The notes under the pieces are model-generated. The model saw only the letters and a list, made by a program, of their open reading frames with translations, was not told the origin of the DNA and searched no databases. Both the position numbers and the translations under genes were made by a program. 64,000 bases of DNA from Octopus vulgaris. Taxonomy: Eukaryota. Shown piece after piece: positions 1-15,106 of the stretch (positions are counted from its first letter, which is position 1; each line of letters begins with the position of its first letter). The stretch lies in the NCBI GenBank assembly GCA_951406725.2, contig OX597836.1, positions 2,418,001 through 2,482,000 of the forward strand. Reading direction: 5' to 3'.

Positions 1-1568
1 TATTATCTCGAATCAAGCAGTATTGTGTCGCCCACACCATGAACTTCCGGTCGATTACATTCGCCAAACTCAAAAGGTGAGAAATGGCAATTTCAGATCA
101 ATTACATTTCTCACTAATTATATTAGACTATTACAAACAAATCGTTAATTACCGCTTCTTTCTTTAATAATGTTTATCAAATTAAGTTGGTTATTGTTAC
201 TGTCTGTACATTTATAAAATGTTGTTTCTATCGAATTTTATATATACATATATATATATATATATACTGTAGACTTCTATAGTTTCCTTTTAGTACGAAT
301 AGTTTGATTTCATAGTAGTAGGCAGTTTCTCAAAACGAATTGTTATAACTACATCTAATGTGTTATGTGGAAATAGTACTACCTATATAAGTACTGAAGG
401 GAGAGAAAACTATGGAACCTCGATATTAATAAAGGGAGACTTCAGGCGAAACACATTAAGAATTCTAGACTTCTGCCCAGATCTGAATCCATTAAAAAAA
501 TCTCCGATGAAGACAGATGCTATGGAGAAAGTGTGGGCCAAAAGCTGGAATTGTTGTCCAAAGAGATTATTTAGAATAAACAAATAATATGAATATGGGT
601 TTAGATAAAATTGCTAGAACTATGACATGGGGAATGTACGTGTTAAGGCTGAGAATATTTAATTAGATTCAGATAACGAATTTTGATAATTAGCCGATAA
701 TGAAACAGAGAACCTAAGGAGGGGATAAGAAAGGAATCGTATACAGGAATAACAATATAAGACAATTGTAATATAAGACAACATTTTAAGCTTACCTGTA
801 AAAGTTTGTTTCAAAGTGGAATTCTTAGTTCAATGACATCGATTTAGATGAATTTTGGGGTATAAAATTATGAAATAACGTTGCATAAAGTTTGGGGCTT
901 ATTCGTTATGGAATAACACTATTTAGACATATTTTCTACGCAAATAATCATATTACGTGACCGGAAGCCTATTTGGGAATGTAGTCAAAATCCTTTTATC
1001 ATCCACTTGTTGGCCACATTGCAATATATTTTGAATATGTTCACTCCGTGTGTGATGTCGGTTGAGGTGACATCACTTGCCGAGTGGTTTGTTGTTTCTT
1101 TCAGTCTCAATTATTGTAAATGAATAATATTAGTGTATATATATGTATATATATATATACACACATATAAAGCACGATTTAATCAAGATCAGAATTGTTT
1201 GAAAACCGAGATACTACTGTATAAGTCTGTGTGTATGTGCACACTTGAAATATTTGCGTCTTACTCTAACTTGTGCATTATTCGATATTCGAATGTTGGT
1301 ATGCGTTTAAATTTCAAAAAAAGGCAATAAAATATATTCGTTGATATTTCTGCAGTTATCTTCTTAACTCAGTGATATTTGTTTTTAAATCAATCGCAGA
1401 TGGAGACATGACATTGCAATGGTAATAACAGCTAATTTAATGTGTTCAGCATATTTCGCAGGTGTAACTGCTGTTTTTGTATGCTTAGTTACACGAACAT
1501 CAAGGTAAAACTAGTTTTAATTGCCCTTACGGAGATATGAGAAAGCTTTATCAAAACTGTACACAAAC

Positions 1569-1619
1569 GGCGGTGCATCAGCATGGCCGCAGCTCTGAGC
1601 TGAAACTAGAAAAAAAAAC
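1569..1619 (+). mobile_element. SINE family B 3' tail fragment
   Basis: ggcggtgcatcagcatggccgcag...ctgaaac matches the 3' end of the full family B copy at 58716-59138 (ggcggtgctccagcatggccgcagtc...gaaac). Confidence 0.6.
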
Positions 1620-2731
1620 ATATATACTTGTAAAATCTAAGTATAAGCATCTGAGGAGGCCTAACAATGCCGAAACCGAACTATTACTTTTTAATGCCTA
1701 CTTTTACCTGTAATTGTACATATTTTCCAAATTTCGGATTATCTGATATTATTTACATTACATCTCATGTAAGCTGTGCTTAGAGTTACAACAAGCTTAG
1801 AGGGAGACTTTGTGCTCTGATAGCAAAGATAATCTCACTAAATAGAATCTTTCTTGTTTATTTGATAGTGCGATCGTGCCTCTGTGCGTTTGCATTAAAG
1901 TATACATTTCTCTATGTGTATATTTATGCGCATATGCATGTATATATGAGTGTGTGTGTGCTATAATATTTATACAGCCACACATGCATACACACGTGTA
2001 TATACACACACACATACACTGGCACATTGATATATATACGTACTCATATGAATGTATGTAAGCGGAAACGTAGATATGCATATCTCTCTAGGTATACGAG
2101 GTTAAACAAATACATACTTAAGCATCAGCTACAAAACACATACAAGAAAGAGAATAGACTCATACACATTCACAATGACACGAACCCGCACTCACAAAGA
2201 CACGGACACACATACACACTCACATACACGCAGAAAGAGAAAGGTAAGCAGATTAATTTGTAATACTCGCCCGATTGAATATTAAATCGGATAGCAACAT
2301 AAATAGAACCGAAAGTAAAATCCGACTTTAATAGTTCGATTTATCTTTTAAATTCCAATACTTCGAATAGCATGTCGTCTCAAAATACAGAGAGGAAACC
2401 ATATTTAGTAAACTTGGAGAATATTTTTCATAAAGCATATTTATTTTGAACGATAACAACACAAACATATATATATATATATATATATGCCGAGCACACG
2501 CATACTGAAGTATATATGTGCGTGTAGATATTTAAAGATAGATGCAGACGTCTATGCACACACCCACACCCACATATATGTATATCGATTATTTTGCGTT
2601 AACTTTGAAAAGTTGAAAAGAGACAGAAATAGACAAATCCAGGAGTGTTTATCACTCCTCTGGAAATATTTTTCTGTCTCGGTTTTGTTTTGTTTTTTTA
2701 CGTTTCATATGAATTACAATAATTAATAATA

Positions 2732-3348
2732 TTGGTTTTAATTTTTAGCACAAGGCCAGCAATTTCGGAGGAAGGGGCAAATCGATTTTATCGTCGCTAG
2801 TGCTCACACGGTACTTGATTTTTCGACCCCGAAATTATGAACGGCGAATTCGACCTCGGCGGAATTTGAACTCAGAACCTAAAGTAGAACGAAATGCTGT
2901 CCAGCGTGCTAACATTTCCGCCAGCTTGCCGCCTTGCAATAATTAATAATATTCATTTTAAATTTTTGCCACAAGGGCAGCTTGGTAAAAGGGATAAATT
3001 CGATTACATTGACTACTGTGCCTAACTGATACTTAATTAATCGAGCCCTAAAGAATGAAAGGCAAGGTCGACCTCGATGGTATTTGAACTCAGAACCTAG
3101 CGACGAACAAAATACAGCTAAGCATCTCATCCAGCGTGTAATCGATTCTTTTCTATTCTAGGCACAAGGCCCGAAATTTTGGGGTAGGGGGCAAGTCGAT
3201 TAGATCGACCCTAGTACGCAACTGGTATTTAATTTATCGACCCCGAAATGATGAAAGGTAAAGTCGACCTCGGCGGAAATGGAACTCAGAACGTAAGAAC
3301 ACACGAAATACCGCTAAGTGTTTTGTTTCTGCGATCTCATCGCCTTAA
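2732..3348 (-). mobile_element. Cluster of three SINE family A copies (about 2732-2936, 2957-3149, 3150-3348)
   Basis: Three successive occurrences of the reverse complement of the family A core (tcgacctcggcggaatttgaactcagaac, gaccccgaaa..atgaaagg), all in the same orientation. Confidence 0.85.
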
Positions 3349-5180
3349 AAGAAATAATAATATTAATTTCATTATTAGAGCAATCGATGAAATTATCTTC
3401 AATCGTATGGTTCATAGTTCAAATCCAACCGAAGTTGATTGAATAATGTTTTTTTATTTGAAATGGTTTTATTACAACGTAATAGAATGAGATGCTTACG
3501 TCTGGTGAGTGTAGATATGAAGATTGTGCAACGTGTAATTAATAATATATAGGTGTTGATAATATATTAAGTGTGCAAATGTAAGGATTGAATAATATTT
3601 AAAATGAGTATCATACGATATTGTCTCAGGAAGCAACACGCAAAATTTAAAACTACGCTTTTAGAAATATTTATAAAATATTATCAAATATCTAAAGGAA
3701 GAAGAAGAGAAGATAATGTAAAGAAATGGCAAAAAGGGGAAGGAACAAGGGCAAGTAAAGAACATGGATGAAAAGATAGTGGAATGATCCCATTTCCATT
3801 TTTAGAAAGGAGAGATTCCACGCCATGGTTTAAAACCTGGGAAAATATAATCATCAAAAAAGGAAAAGAATAATGATGCATTTTGCATTGTCACGCCAAA
3901 CCATGACAGCAAAAGCCACAACGTGTCAAGCAGCCATTGCAATATCCATCAACGACAACAACAATAACAACAACGACCTGTAGCGGTAAAATGCGTGCAG
4001 ATAGAATAGCAGAGAAAGCATTCCGTCCAGCCCGAAGCAATGTCAACGGCATTCCCACCAAAAGCAACAACGTAGCCACCACCGCTCCCGTCAAGATTAA
4101 TACGGGAAGATTGGTTGGCAAATGCACGCAGCTGCTTTTAGAGAAAGGCAAATGTTTGCAAGAGGAGAAGAATTGCAAAGACCTGACATGCTCACTCGTG
4201 TCAGATACAGAAAATGAAAATTCCTCCAAACAATTATTCATTATTTGTGCGTGATCAGCAAAAGCAAGAGGTTTATATAAATCTTCTGGAAGGCAGGCCG
4301 AAAACTGTATGAATAAAAATGTGCAGTGCGATACGCAACGTGAAGAAAACAATACACGGAACTAAAGCTGCGCTGCAATAAATAGCAAATTTGGTAAATA
4401 TAGAAATGTGCTGCTCAAAGGTATGTTTATTAGTGCCATCCGATACAGGGTGGCGAGAAACCGAGGCCACTTCCGACAGTGTGTTACAAGTAATAAACCT
4501 CAATGTATATCATCAGATCTCGAAGCAACTCGTAAAGAAACTCAATTCGTGGTATTGTTCCCACCAATAATATTTGAGACACTGAAAATATCCTCAACAT
4601 TTTAGCATTTAATCCGGCCATATCCGGCGCAGATATTCTATCTTATCTTGAACATGCGTTATAATTTAAACAGTAATCTGAATGCTAAAGGCTTAGGGTT
4701 GTTGATTTCAAGAAGATAGGATCGAATGAGTATTGTGGTATGCATCACGAAGTGAAATGTTACGTGGATGGTAGAAAGCATTGGCGGGGAATGGAACTAC
4801 TGATACTAAGTACGAAAAATGTTACTTTCCACCTGAGGATCGTGCTCCGAAAGCCAAAACGAAAAGGGCCCCAACACAATCTACTGCTACCCTCTGCTAC
4901 TTATCAGTGAAAACTTCGATAGTTCTCTCCTTGAGTGACACAACTAACATTATGTCCGTTTGATATGTCCTCCGTCATCTAACAACTAGGTTCACGATGC
5001 TCATCGCCCTGTTATGCGGCGGAACCATAAGCTGCGGCTTGTCAGTGGCCAGAACTCTACTTTTTACGTTGCAGCTTGTATAAGGGTCCAAGTCGTATGT
5101 TGACCGGCGGTTTCACACCATCTAATTCTCTTCATTCAGCTATGATTATTGCTCTTGTTTCGTGAGAACGATCTGCATAG

Positions 5181-5360
5181 TGGTACTCAGTCGGTTACGA
5201 CGACGAGGATCCTAACACCTTTAATCAACAGAAAAGCCTGCTCACGTAATAAATATGCCAATGGTTGAGTATTCCTCAGAAACGAACACACTTAAGATAG
5301 CACGCACACAATTTGACAATGCTGGTTCTGTGAATAACAGGTCCTATTCATTTTTACCAG
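5181..5360 (-). mobile_element. Short interspersed repeat family D (SINE-like 3' part)
   Basis: Reverse complement ends gagcaggcttttctgttgat...tcgtcgtaaccgactgagtacc, homologous to 23130-23326 (gagcaagctgttccgccgat...gtcgtaaccgacggagtgtc). Confidence 0.6.
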
Positions 5361-5621
5361 CTATATGCTTTTACTTCTGTAAAATTGATGGAAAAGGTTC
5401 ACAAATCCTTCATGAGGAACTCCTTCATGCCATTTAGCTTCCTTTGAATTACTTAAAATAGTCCCAGAGAAGAATATGATTCTTAAAATAAGTTTAAATA
5501 TAGGGAGAGTAATTCTGCAACGTAGGATTTGAACACCAGACACCAACTTCTGTATTACACAACAATAACACAAATACATATATATATGCGTTCATATGCA
5601 TGCATTAATGTACATACATGC

Positions 5622-5695
<74 letters not shown>

Positions 5696-5756
5696 AGAGA
5701 GAGAGAGATACATACATATTCATATATATACATATATATACACACATACCCAAACA

Positions 5757-5806
<50 letters not shown>

Positions 5807-6267
5807 GAGTGTGCGCGTTCGTGTACATACACACATAGATATTTATATATATATATACATAAGCATATATATGTATATACAAATACATATAATAATATAT
5901 GTGTGTATATGTGTGTGAGTGTATATTAATACATGGTAGTGTGTTTCCCTGTGTGTAGCTTTGTGTGTGTTACTGTAAAATGTCCCAAGGATTAATTACA
6001 ACACTGAAAGATTAAATTTATGGTTTGAAAATGATCTCCTTGCAATTTTCTAGTATTTGCACTTAAGGCTGGTCTCTAACGCGAAATAAACATTGGCACC
6101 ACATTCAACCATATCATATAAAATGGGACTCACACTTTAAGAAGCACATATATAAACCTGTTAACACAGAGAGGAGGAGAGGAGAGAGGACGAGTGCGTT
6201 GGATAGGGTAAAACATATGTAATTTGTCATGTGCATGAGTGTGTGTCTTTGCATGTAGATATACATA

Positions 6268-6325
<58 letters not shown>

Positions 6326-6639
6326 CATATATATAAATATATATATATATATATGTATGTATGTATATATATATATATATATGAATGTTTGTGTATATGT
6401 ATTTATGTAATTGTCTTTTTTTCCTATCACGTGGTTTCACAAACTGGGAGAAAGTAAATAGTATTTCCTCCTGGCAATACAATCACCCCCCCCCCCGTTG
6501 CAGTAGAAATGATTTACTAATGAAACAAAAGTGTATACCAGCATGCGTGTATGTATGTATGCATATATGGATGGATGGATGGCTTAGTATGTGTGTCTGT
6601 GTACGTATGTATGTACATATATATATATATGTATATGTG

Positions 6640-6696
<57 letters not shown>

Positions 6697-6785
6697 TCGT
6701 GTATGTTTATGTTTGAGTGTGTTTAAATATATAGAATAAACATATATTTAACGAAATTTAAAAGGAAACACATACATACATGCAT

Positions 6786-6847
<62 letters not shown>

Positions 6848-6965
6848 ATGTGTTTGTGAGTGTGTGTGTGTGCATAGATATCGATGTAGGTAATAATAGA
6901 ATTCTCGCACATAGCTAGATAGATTGTTAATTATAACTGAAAACAAACACACACATATATATATG

Positions 6966-7029
<64 letters not shown>

Positions 7030-7456
7030 TGTGTGTTGTGTGTGTGTATGTTTAGACGTGCTCGTATATGTATATAGGTATATGTATGTAGGTATATAGG
7101 AATGTATGTGGGTGTATATTTGCGTGTAATTTTGATAATTACATTATTATAAGTCTTAAAATTCGTATCAATAACAATTATTCTGCAAATGAATTAGCAA
7201 CACTTCAACTAATCTGCATGGATCTGTGTGATAAAAGACCGACAAAAAATACGAACACAAACGTTGATATATTTCGTATGCATGTGCGTATACACTCAGA
7301 AACAGCCAGATATTCTATGCCTTTATTCGCACACAGTAATACGCTCACAAGCTCCCACACAGACTATTTCACTTATGGCTTGTATAAATAAATATGTATG
7401 TAAAAAAATATATATATACACACACATACAAGCACACATATATGTATATATGAATA

Positions 7457-7489
<33 letters not shown>

Positions 7490-7684
7490 TTATATATATG
7501 CCTATTTGTCTATAGCTATTACATACACACATATTTTCCATATAAGTGTTTGTGTGTACTGAAATTTATACTTCAATTCGTTAAAAATACCTTTGCACAT
7601 GTACATATATATTTATGAAAGTATGAAAATACATAAGTAGATAGGTCTATGTGCATACGCACACACACACACAAGCACACACAC

Positions 7685-7748
<64 letters not shown>

Positions 7749-7790
7749 TGTAAATATATTTACCTCAAATACACATATATATTTGTATCC

Positions 7791-7821
<31 letters not shown>

Positions 7822-8013
7822 CATATATATTTGTATGTACATACATATATATATATATATACATACATACATATATATATATGTGCATGTATACACATGT
7901 ATATATGCATTTAGAACCGCATGAGTTATACCTGTAAACAGTTACACATACGTACATTCATACATATTCGCAAGGAAACGCACACACACATTTATATAGT
8001 TGTATACACGCAC

Positions 8014-8066
<53 letters not shown>

Positions 8067-8457
8067 CATATACATATCCTTTTGGTGTACACTTATGCAC
8101 ACGCCGATAATTATCTCTTTCTGCATCAGAAGCAATTACGCGTCAGCTACGAATTGCACAGTTCGCCCACCAACCCTTTTGTATATTTCCCCTTAAGGGC
8201 TAGTGCTAAGATCTTTACAGCAACAGCAACAACAGCCACCACAAGAACATCTCTGTCTAAGCTAAGAAAATGCAACTGAATTACAAAGCAAACAACGACA
8301 TCAGCTATAAATATAATACTTAATAAAATATCGCGGAGATAAAAAAAATAATAAAAAGCAGTACCGAAAACAAAGCGAAAAAAAACCAGCAAAAAGTAAG
8401 GAGAATGCGAGAGAAATTGCTGTATCAACATTCTATACTTATTTAGAAAATTGCACT

Positions 8458-8515
8458 ATTATTATTGGTGTTATTATTAATGTTGCTGTTGTTGTTGTTA
8501 TTATTATGTTCATTA

Positions 8516-8561
<46 letters not shown>

Positions 8562-8763
8562 CATTATTATTATTATTATCATTATTATTATTATTATCAT
8601 TATTATTATTATTATTACTATTATTATCATCATTATTATATTATTATCATCATTATTATTATTGTTATTATTATCATTATTATTATTATCATCATCATTA
8701 TCATTATTATTACTATTATTATCATCATTATTATTATTATTATCATTATCATCATCATCATCA

Positions 8764-8812
<49 letters not shown>

Positions 8813-8904
8813 CATTATTATAATCATCATCATCGTTTTCATTATTATGATTATGATTATCATCATTATTATTATTGCTATTATTGTTGTTATAATTATT
8901 ATTG

Positions 8905-8985
<81 letters not shown>

Positions 8986-9000
8986 TTATTACTATTGCGA
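8458..9000. repeat. Long imperfect (ATT/ATC)n trinucleotide microsatellite
   Basis: About 540 bp of att/atc/gtt triplets read directly. Confidence 0.95.
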
Positions 9001-9286
9001 TTGTTACTAGTAGTAATAGTATTTGTAGTAGTATAGTAGAAATAGTAGGTTTGTTATCATTGTTATGATTGTTTCTAATAATAATAATAATAATAATAAT
9101 AATAAGAAGAAGAAGAAGAAGAAGAAGAAGTTAAATAATTATTATGCTAATAATTTATAGCCACAAGTGTTTTCACGTATTTATATATAGATGCGTATGA
9201 CTGGATTTATTGAAGCAAACATGCATACAAACCTCTGCATACATACACACATACGTACATACATACACACATGCACACACGCACAC

Positions 9287-9320
<34 letters not shown>

Positions 9321-9334
9321 ATACATATATATAC

Positions 9335-9527
<193 letters not shown>

Positions 9528-10600
9528 TGTATATATATATGTAAGTGTGTACGGGTGTGTGTATATGTGTGCGCACCCACATATTCTTATCTAAGCATCT
9601 AACCCCCCGATGGCACTCGTGGTTTTTACCAGCAAGGGCGTTATATTAGTAAGATATCCAAAATTATACAATAATTAACAAAATACGAAATGTATGTGTG
9701 GATGTTTGTAGAAATGTACGTATATTTGCGCGCGAGTGTCTGTGTGTGTATAACAATCATATCACAGTGATGTGTAATCCACACACATGGGCACACTCAC
9801 TAACACAGGCACAGACACAAAGACACACAAGCACACACAAACATACACACCCAAACAAACACACATACTCACATACATTGAGAATAAATTGCTATCACTC
9901 GAACGAGGGTATATCACTTATACTACGCTTTTATTCTGCCATTATTTTCTGGTATTATCGCCCCTATATTTTCTTGTTAGGAAAATACCCCGCGCAAATT
10001 GGTATGAATGCCCCTAACAAATGATCCATGCTCAACATATTGTAGCATAAAATTAATAGCAAGTTACATCGATTATTTTTATTCCTGTGTATTTTAGTCC
10101 ATATAAAGTAGGAGCCATCGCGTTTTTTAAATCCATTTATGATTAAGTTTTTCCTCAGTTTTCACTCACAACACATCTACATTATGTAACTTTGGTGTTG
10201 CAACAAATTCATTTGGAAGTGGTATGTGGTAAGTTGTTCCTTAATTTGATTCTAATCTCAACTAGAATATTTTTTTGCAGTATTTCTGCTCGGAGTTCTC
10301 TTTGAAATGGTGATACAGACTGATCCTTTCCAAATGGCGATCAATACAGAAAAAGTACCGAGGCATGCTCACACGTTCACATCATCGTGTTCGGTGTTAA
10401 TTCGTATCTGAATATCCGATCTGTAGCCAGTGATTGAACCTCATTATCTTGATGGATGCAAAGGGTGTCGGTATCTGAGGTGGCTGCACTGGCCGTGGAT
10501 GGTATAAAAGTAGTGGGGACATTTATCATAAGGGTGGGTTAGTTGGGGGCGAGGAAGTGCTAGTCGGTTGTTACCTCTTCTTATTATAAAGCGTTTATAA

Positions 10601-10833
10601 AGCGGCGAACTGGCAGAAACGTTAGCACACCGGGCGAAATGCGTAACCGTATTTCGTCTGCCGTTACGTTCTGAGTTGAAATTCCGCCAAGGTCGACTTT
10701 GACTTTCATCCTTTCGGGGTCGATAAATTATGTACCAGTTACGCACTGGGGTCGATATAATCGACTTAATCCGTTTGTCTGTCTTTGTCTGCCCCCTCTA
10801 TGTTCAGCCTCTTGTGGGTAGTAAAGAAATAGG
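10601..10833 (+). mobile_element. SINE family A, full-length young copy (tRNA-derived head)
   Basis: gcggcgaactggcagaaacgttagcac head with an A-box-like motif, B-box-like gagttgaaattcc, central gtcgactttgactttcatcctttcggggtcgataaa, tail ending gtaaagaaata. Near-identical to 22816, 30528 and 33236. Confidence 0.9.
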
Positions 10834-10940
10834 TATTTTCTCTGGCTTCATATTCTCATGTACACTTCATCAACCGAGGTACACTTTGCCTTTAATCATT
10901 TCGGGGTAGGTAAAATAAATACCGGTTAAGTACTGGGGTT
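10834..10940 (+). mobile_element. Older degenerate SINE family A fragment directly after the young copy
   Basis: ccgaggtacactttgcctttaatcatttcggggtaggtaaaataaataccggttaagtactgggg matches the central domain. Confidence 0.65.
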
Positions 10941-11159
10941 GCCTATAGTAGAAAGGATTATTGTGAGGCGCTTATTGCGTTTGATTTCGTCTTCCTGGCG
11001 CCTGCTATTTTCTAGCAAATGTCTTCCAGATACGAACACACAAATTCACTCTTCACTACATGCTTTTCTAAATTCTAGGATTCTAACAATTTTGTCTTAT
11101 TTTGCCAAGGAATATGATCACCCATAACAGTAATAGCATCTTATTGCATAAACTGAAGG

Positions 11160-11800
11160 ATATAGAAAATGAAGGATATAGGAGCGGTATTGAATTTCTT
11201 GTATATCAGAGAAGGATACCACGTATGACGAGTGAAAAACGGTGCCAATGCAAGGAACGTATTTATACTCACCCTATGGAGTTGCCAGCGGTTGTAAACT
11301 GGAGCTGGGTAAGGAAACTACTTACAGTGAGTGATGCAAATTCCAGTAGATATGATTGAATGTGTAATATTTCAGAGTAAATTAACTGCAAAGATGATGC
11401 ACTGCATTCAACATTCCCTCGGCAAAAATAATTCTTTCAGTGTATCGAATGATTTGGCATTTATTTTAGAAATGGAACGATCACTGAAACCAGAAAAAAA
11501 AAAACTTACATTACAAATTCACAAATTACGGGATTTGAATGTACAACTTGGGACACGTTCAAAAATAGCTTGAAGCTCTATAAAACATACCCGCAGAAAA
11601 ATGTTATTAGCAGATACTCGTTCAGGATAGAGGCTTATTAATCATGCGACATATTCATTAAATATGGCTCATAGAATGTCATATATATCTGCCAGTATCT
11701 AAACCAGATATACACTTATAAAAATAACTATGGCAACGAAATTTGTTTCTGTGGAGGAAGCCGGAGTTCTTGATTGCACCAAGACGATTTCCTCGAACAG
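11160..11800 (+). pseudogene. Decayed mariner-type transposase relic
   Basis: Manual translation gives ENEGYRSGIEFLV (cf. mariner N-terminus EYRAVIKFL), RLINHATYSLNMA at ~11631 (cf. HPPYSPDLAP) and TKFVSVEEA (cf. GxKFxSxEEV). Heavily disrupted and internally deleted. Confidence 0.5.
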
Positions 11801-13012
11801 AAAGTGTGAAAAATCGGAATTCATTTCTAGTTTGTTGAAAAGCAATCCAACAACCATGACGAGGAATTGTGTTGTGGACTTCAGACAAAAGAATAGTAAA
11901 CTCCCCTGAGATAGCTACAGATAAAAAGATGCAACTAATTCACAATAGACTCCTTTAAAAGCAGGAACATTTCCATTTTTTCGCGCAAATTTCACAAGAC
12001 ACAAATTTTCTTTTAACGGACGACTATATTATCGCACAGTGTATTCTTAGGTGGACTTAATAGTTTATATATTTCAGTTCTACATATTTCAGAGTCAAAC
12101 CACATTTATTGCTATATCGCTGTTTTGTTTTCATGAAGCTGCACAAATTTATAGCGAGTTCGGATGTCCCCTCCCCCTGTCTCTGAGTTACTCTCTTCCT
12201 TTTGAAAGCACATTCAGTTTGATGTTCCTATTATAATTATCTTTGAAAGAATGGATGTATTATCTGTTTCAGGTTTTAAATATGTTTCTATTCAACAGTC
12301 TATACATTTGAGCCAGCGGGTATAGCTTACGTTTATACTCTACTTATTTAATAGGAAATTTCTGTTAAAATAAATATCGCCGTTATGCGTTTACATTCAT
12401 GTGGTTACAGTGTGTTTGAGATATTTTAATCGTGTAACAAGATTTGTGAGCCCATAATAGCAGGGTCCATATAACTCGTTCGCATTATCAATGAATATCT
12501 AATAAATATTTTATAGGAATCATTAAGTGTGGAGAAAGGCGCTCGTGGCAGGGAGAGAGAATTCTTTGAAATGTTTGTGGATACGGAGGCGCATAGCATA
12601 TAATTTTCACCTTTGTAAGTCGTCATACATTTTTATTGCAGATTATAATAGAAATTAATTCTTGTTTGGGGATCTGTTGCAATATGGGACAGCTTATATT
12701 TTGTCAGCGCGTGGCTTGGTTCTTTATTGGCGTATTACGCGATGGTGTTAGGTTGCCGTAGGAGTAATAAGGGGATTCCTCTGTGGCTGATGTAGTAACA
12801 GAAATAAAAACAGGGGCCTCATAAAATGATATACAAGAGACAACAGCCTAGATTAAATACATTTGTCAATAGAATAGAGATACACACGTTCACACACACG
12901 TGCGAACGCACGCACACACATGCAATATATATATATATATATGTATGTATGTATGTGTGTGTATATATATATACATACATATATATATGTGTGTATATAT
13001 ATATATACATAT

Positions 13013-13088
<76 letters not shown>

Positions 13089-13105
13089 ATATATATATAT
13101 ATATA

Positions 13106-13176
<71 letters not shown>

Positions 13177-13793
13177 CGAGAGAGAGAGAGAGAGATAGAA
13201 CTGTATGGGTATTTTTGTGGATGTTTATGTGTGGATGTCTGACAATATTTCAGTGTGCTTGTATGTACCTGAGTGTATATGTATCTATAGTAGCAAGTGC
13301 GTCGCGAATCTAATTAAGACCGTATTAGAAATCTGTGTAGTTATATATAAACACACACACACACATACACACACACACATATGTTTATGTATATATGTAT
13401 ATATGGGAACACAACTACACATGTAGCTATAAATATAAATAAATATTTAGGCCATGTAGACTTTATTACATGGCATTAATGAATATATTAAGGCAACGGA
13501 TTAAGATTGAGCATGAAAGAGAAAAACGTATTCACCGTATTCACATCACATGAGCTCAAAGTGAAAGGAAAAAATTATGTAATTATGGCAAAAGCATATC
13601 AAAGTGTTCACTTCAATGAGAATATTTTGGTTTTTATAGTAAAACATGTAATTCCTAGTTACAAACATTACTTGCTAACGTATTTACACACAATCGTATA
13701 TAAATGTGCATATTTAGTTTATACATAGGAAGTAAATATGTATATATAGATATCAATATATATATGTGTGTATATATACATAGATATATATAC

Positions 13794-13859
<66 letters not shown>

Positions 13860-13938
13860 TTATATATAGGCATATGTGTGTGTCTATGTTTGTGTGTATG
13901 TGAATATGTACAGGGAAATATATAATTACTTATACGAA

Positions 13939-13983
<45 letters not shown>

Positions 13984-14079
13984 AAATGTATATATAATGC
14001 ATACGTATATATATATATATATATATGTGCATACACACACATTTATATATATAAATGTATATATATATATATGTAAGAA

Positions 14080-14120
<41 letters not shown>

Positions 14121-14295
14121 AAATAAATAATTTGTATATCCTTTAATCTTTTATAGTGATTTAGTTTTCATACTGCGCATGATGGAGCGTTATAAATACA
14201 CCTTCATCCACAAACGAAACACAAATTACAAAAACACACACACAATATATAGAGAGTTTACACACACATGTATATATAAACATATACATATATAC

Positions 14296-14364
<69 letters not shown>

Positions 14365-14842
14365 ATACAATTATGCAATGAAGTACAACCCTCTACACTC
14401 ACATGCACACATGTTTTTACTTTTAATCTTAGAAACCGTTTGAATTCAAACTGGTACACATATGTTGATAAACACACATATCGCACAAATGCGCAAACAT
14501 ATTCTGTGGTTCTATCAATGGGATATACTAATGGTTAATTATGTCCATAAATATTGGTTAACTTAGAAAGGTAGACTTAAACGAACACATAAACAAATGG
14601 ATATAAACAAATTATATCTATATTCATACTAAGGAAAACGTGTACAGCACACAATCACATATGAATGTATATGCCATATACATACATATGTGTGTATTTG
14701 TGCATGTCTGTGTGTATGTTTGTGTATGAATAATAATACATATGTACGTATATATACCTATAATACGTATATTATAATTATATGTGTGTGTGTGTGCGTG
14801 CGTGTTTATATATCTCTACATATATGTACATACATAATTATA

Positions 14843-14898
<56 letters not shown>

Positions 14899-15063
14899 CA
14901 TATATATGAAATTGTATACACATGCGTGTGTGTGTGAATGTTTGTGAGTGTATATGATCAGGTATGAGTATATATGTACAAACATATACATATATATATA
15001 TATGTGTGTGTGTGTGTATATCTGTACATATATATACATATATTTACAAACATGTTAATATGC

Positions 15064-15106
<43 letters not shown>

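Noticed and set aside
4833-4860. CTGAGGA...GAAA hammerhead-like match
   Set aside because: No stem II closing the cores and no stem III/UH or stem I pairing.
10601-10690. SINE heads as tRNA genes
   Set aside because: A- and B-box-like motifs are present, but there is no cloverleaf and the sequence continues into SINE bodies.
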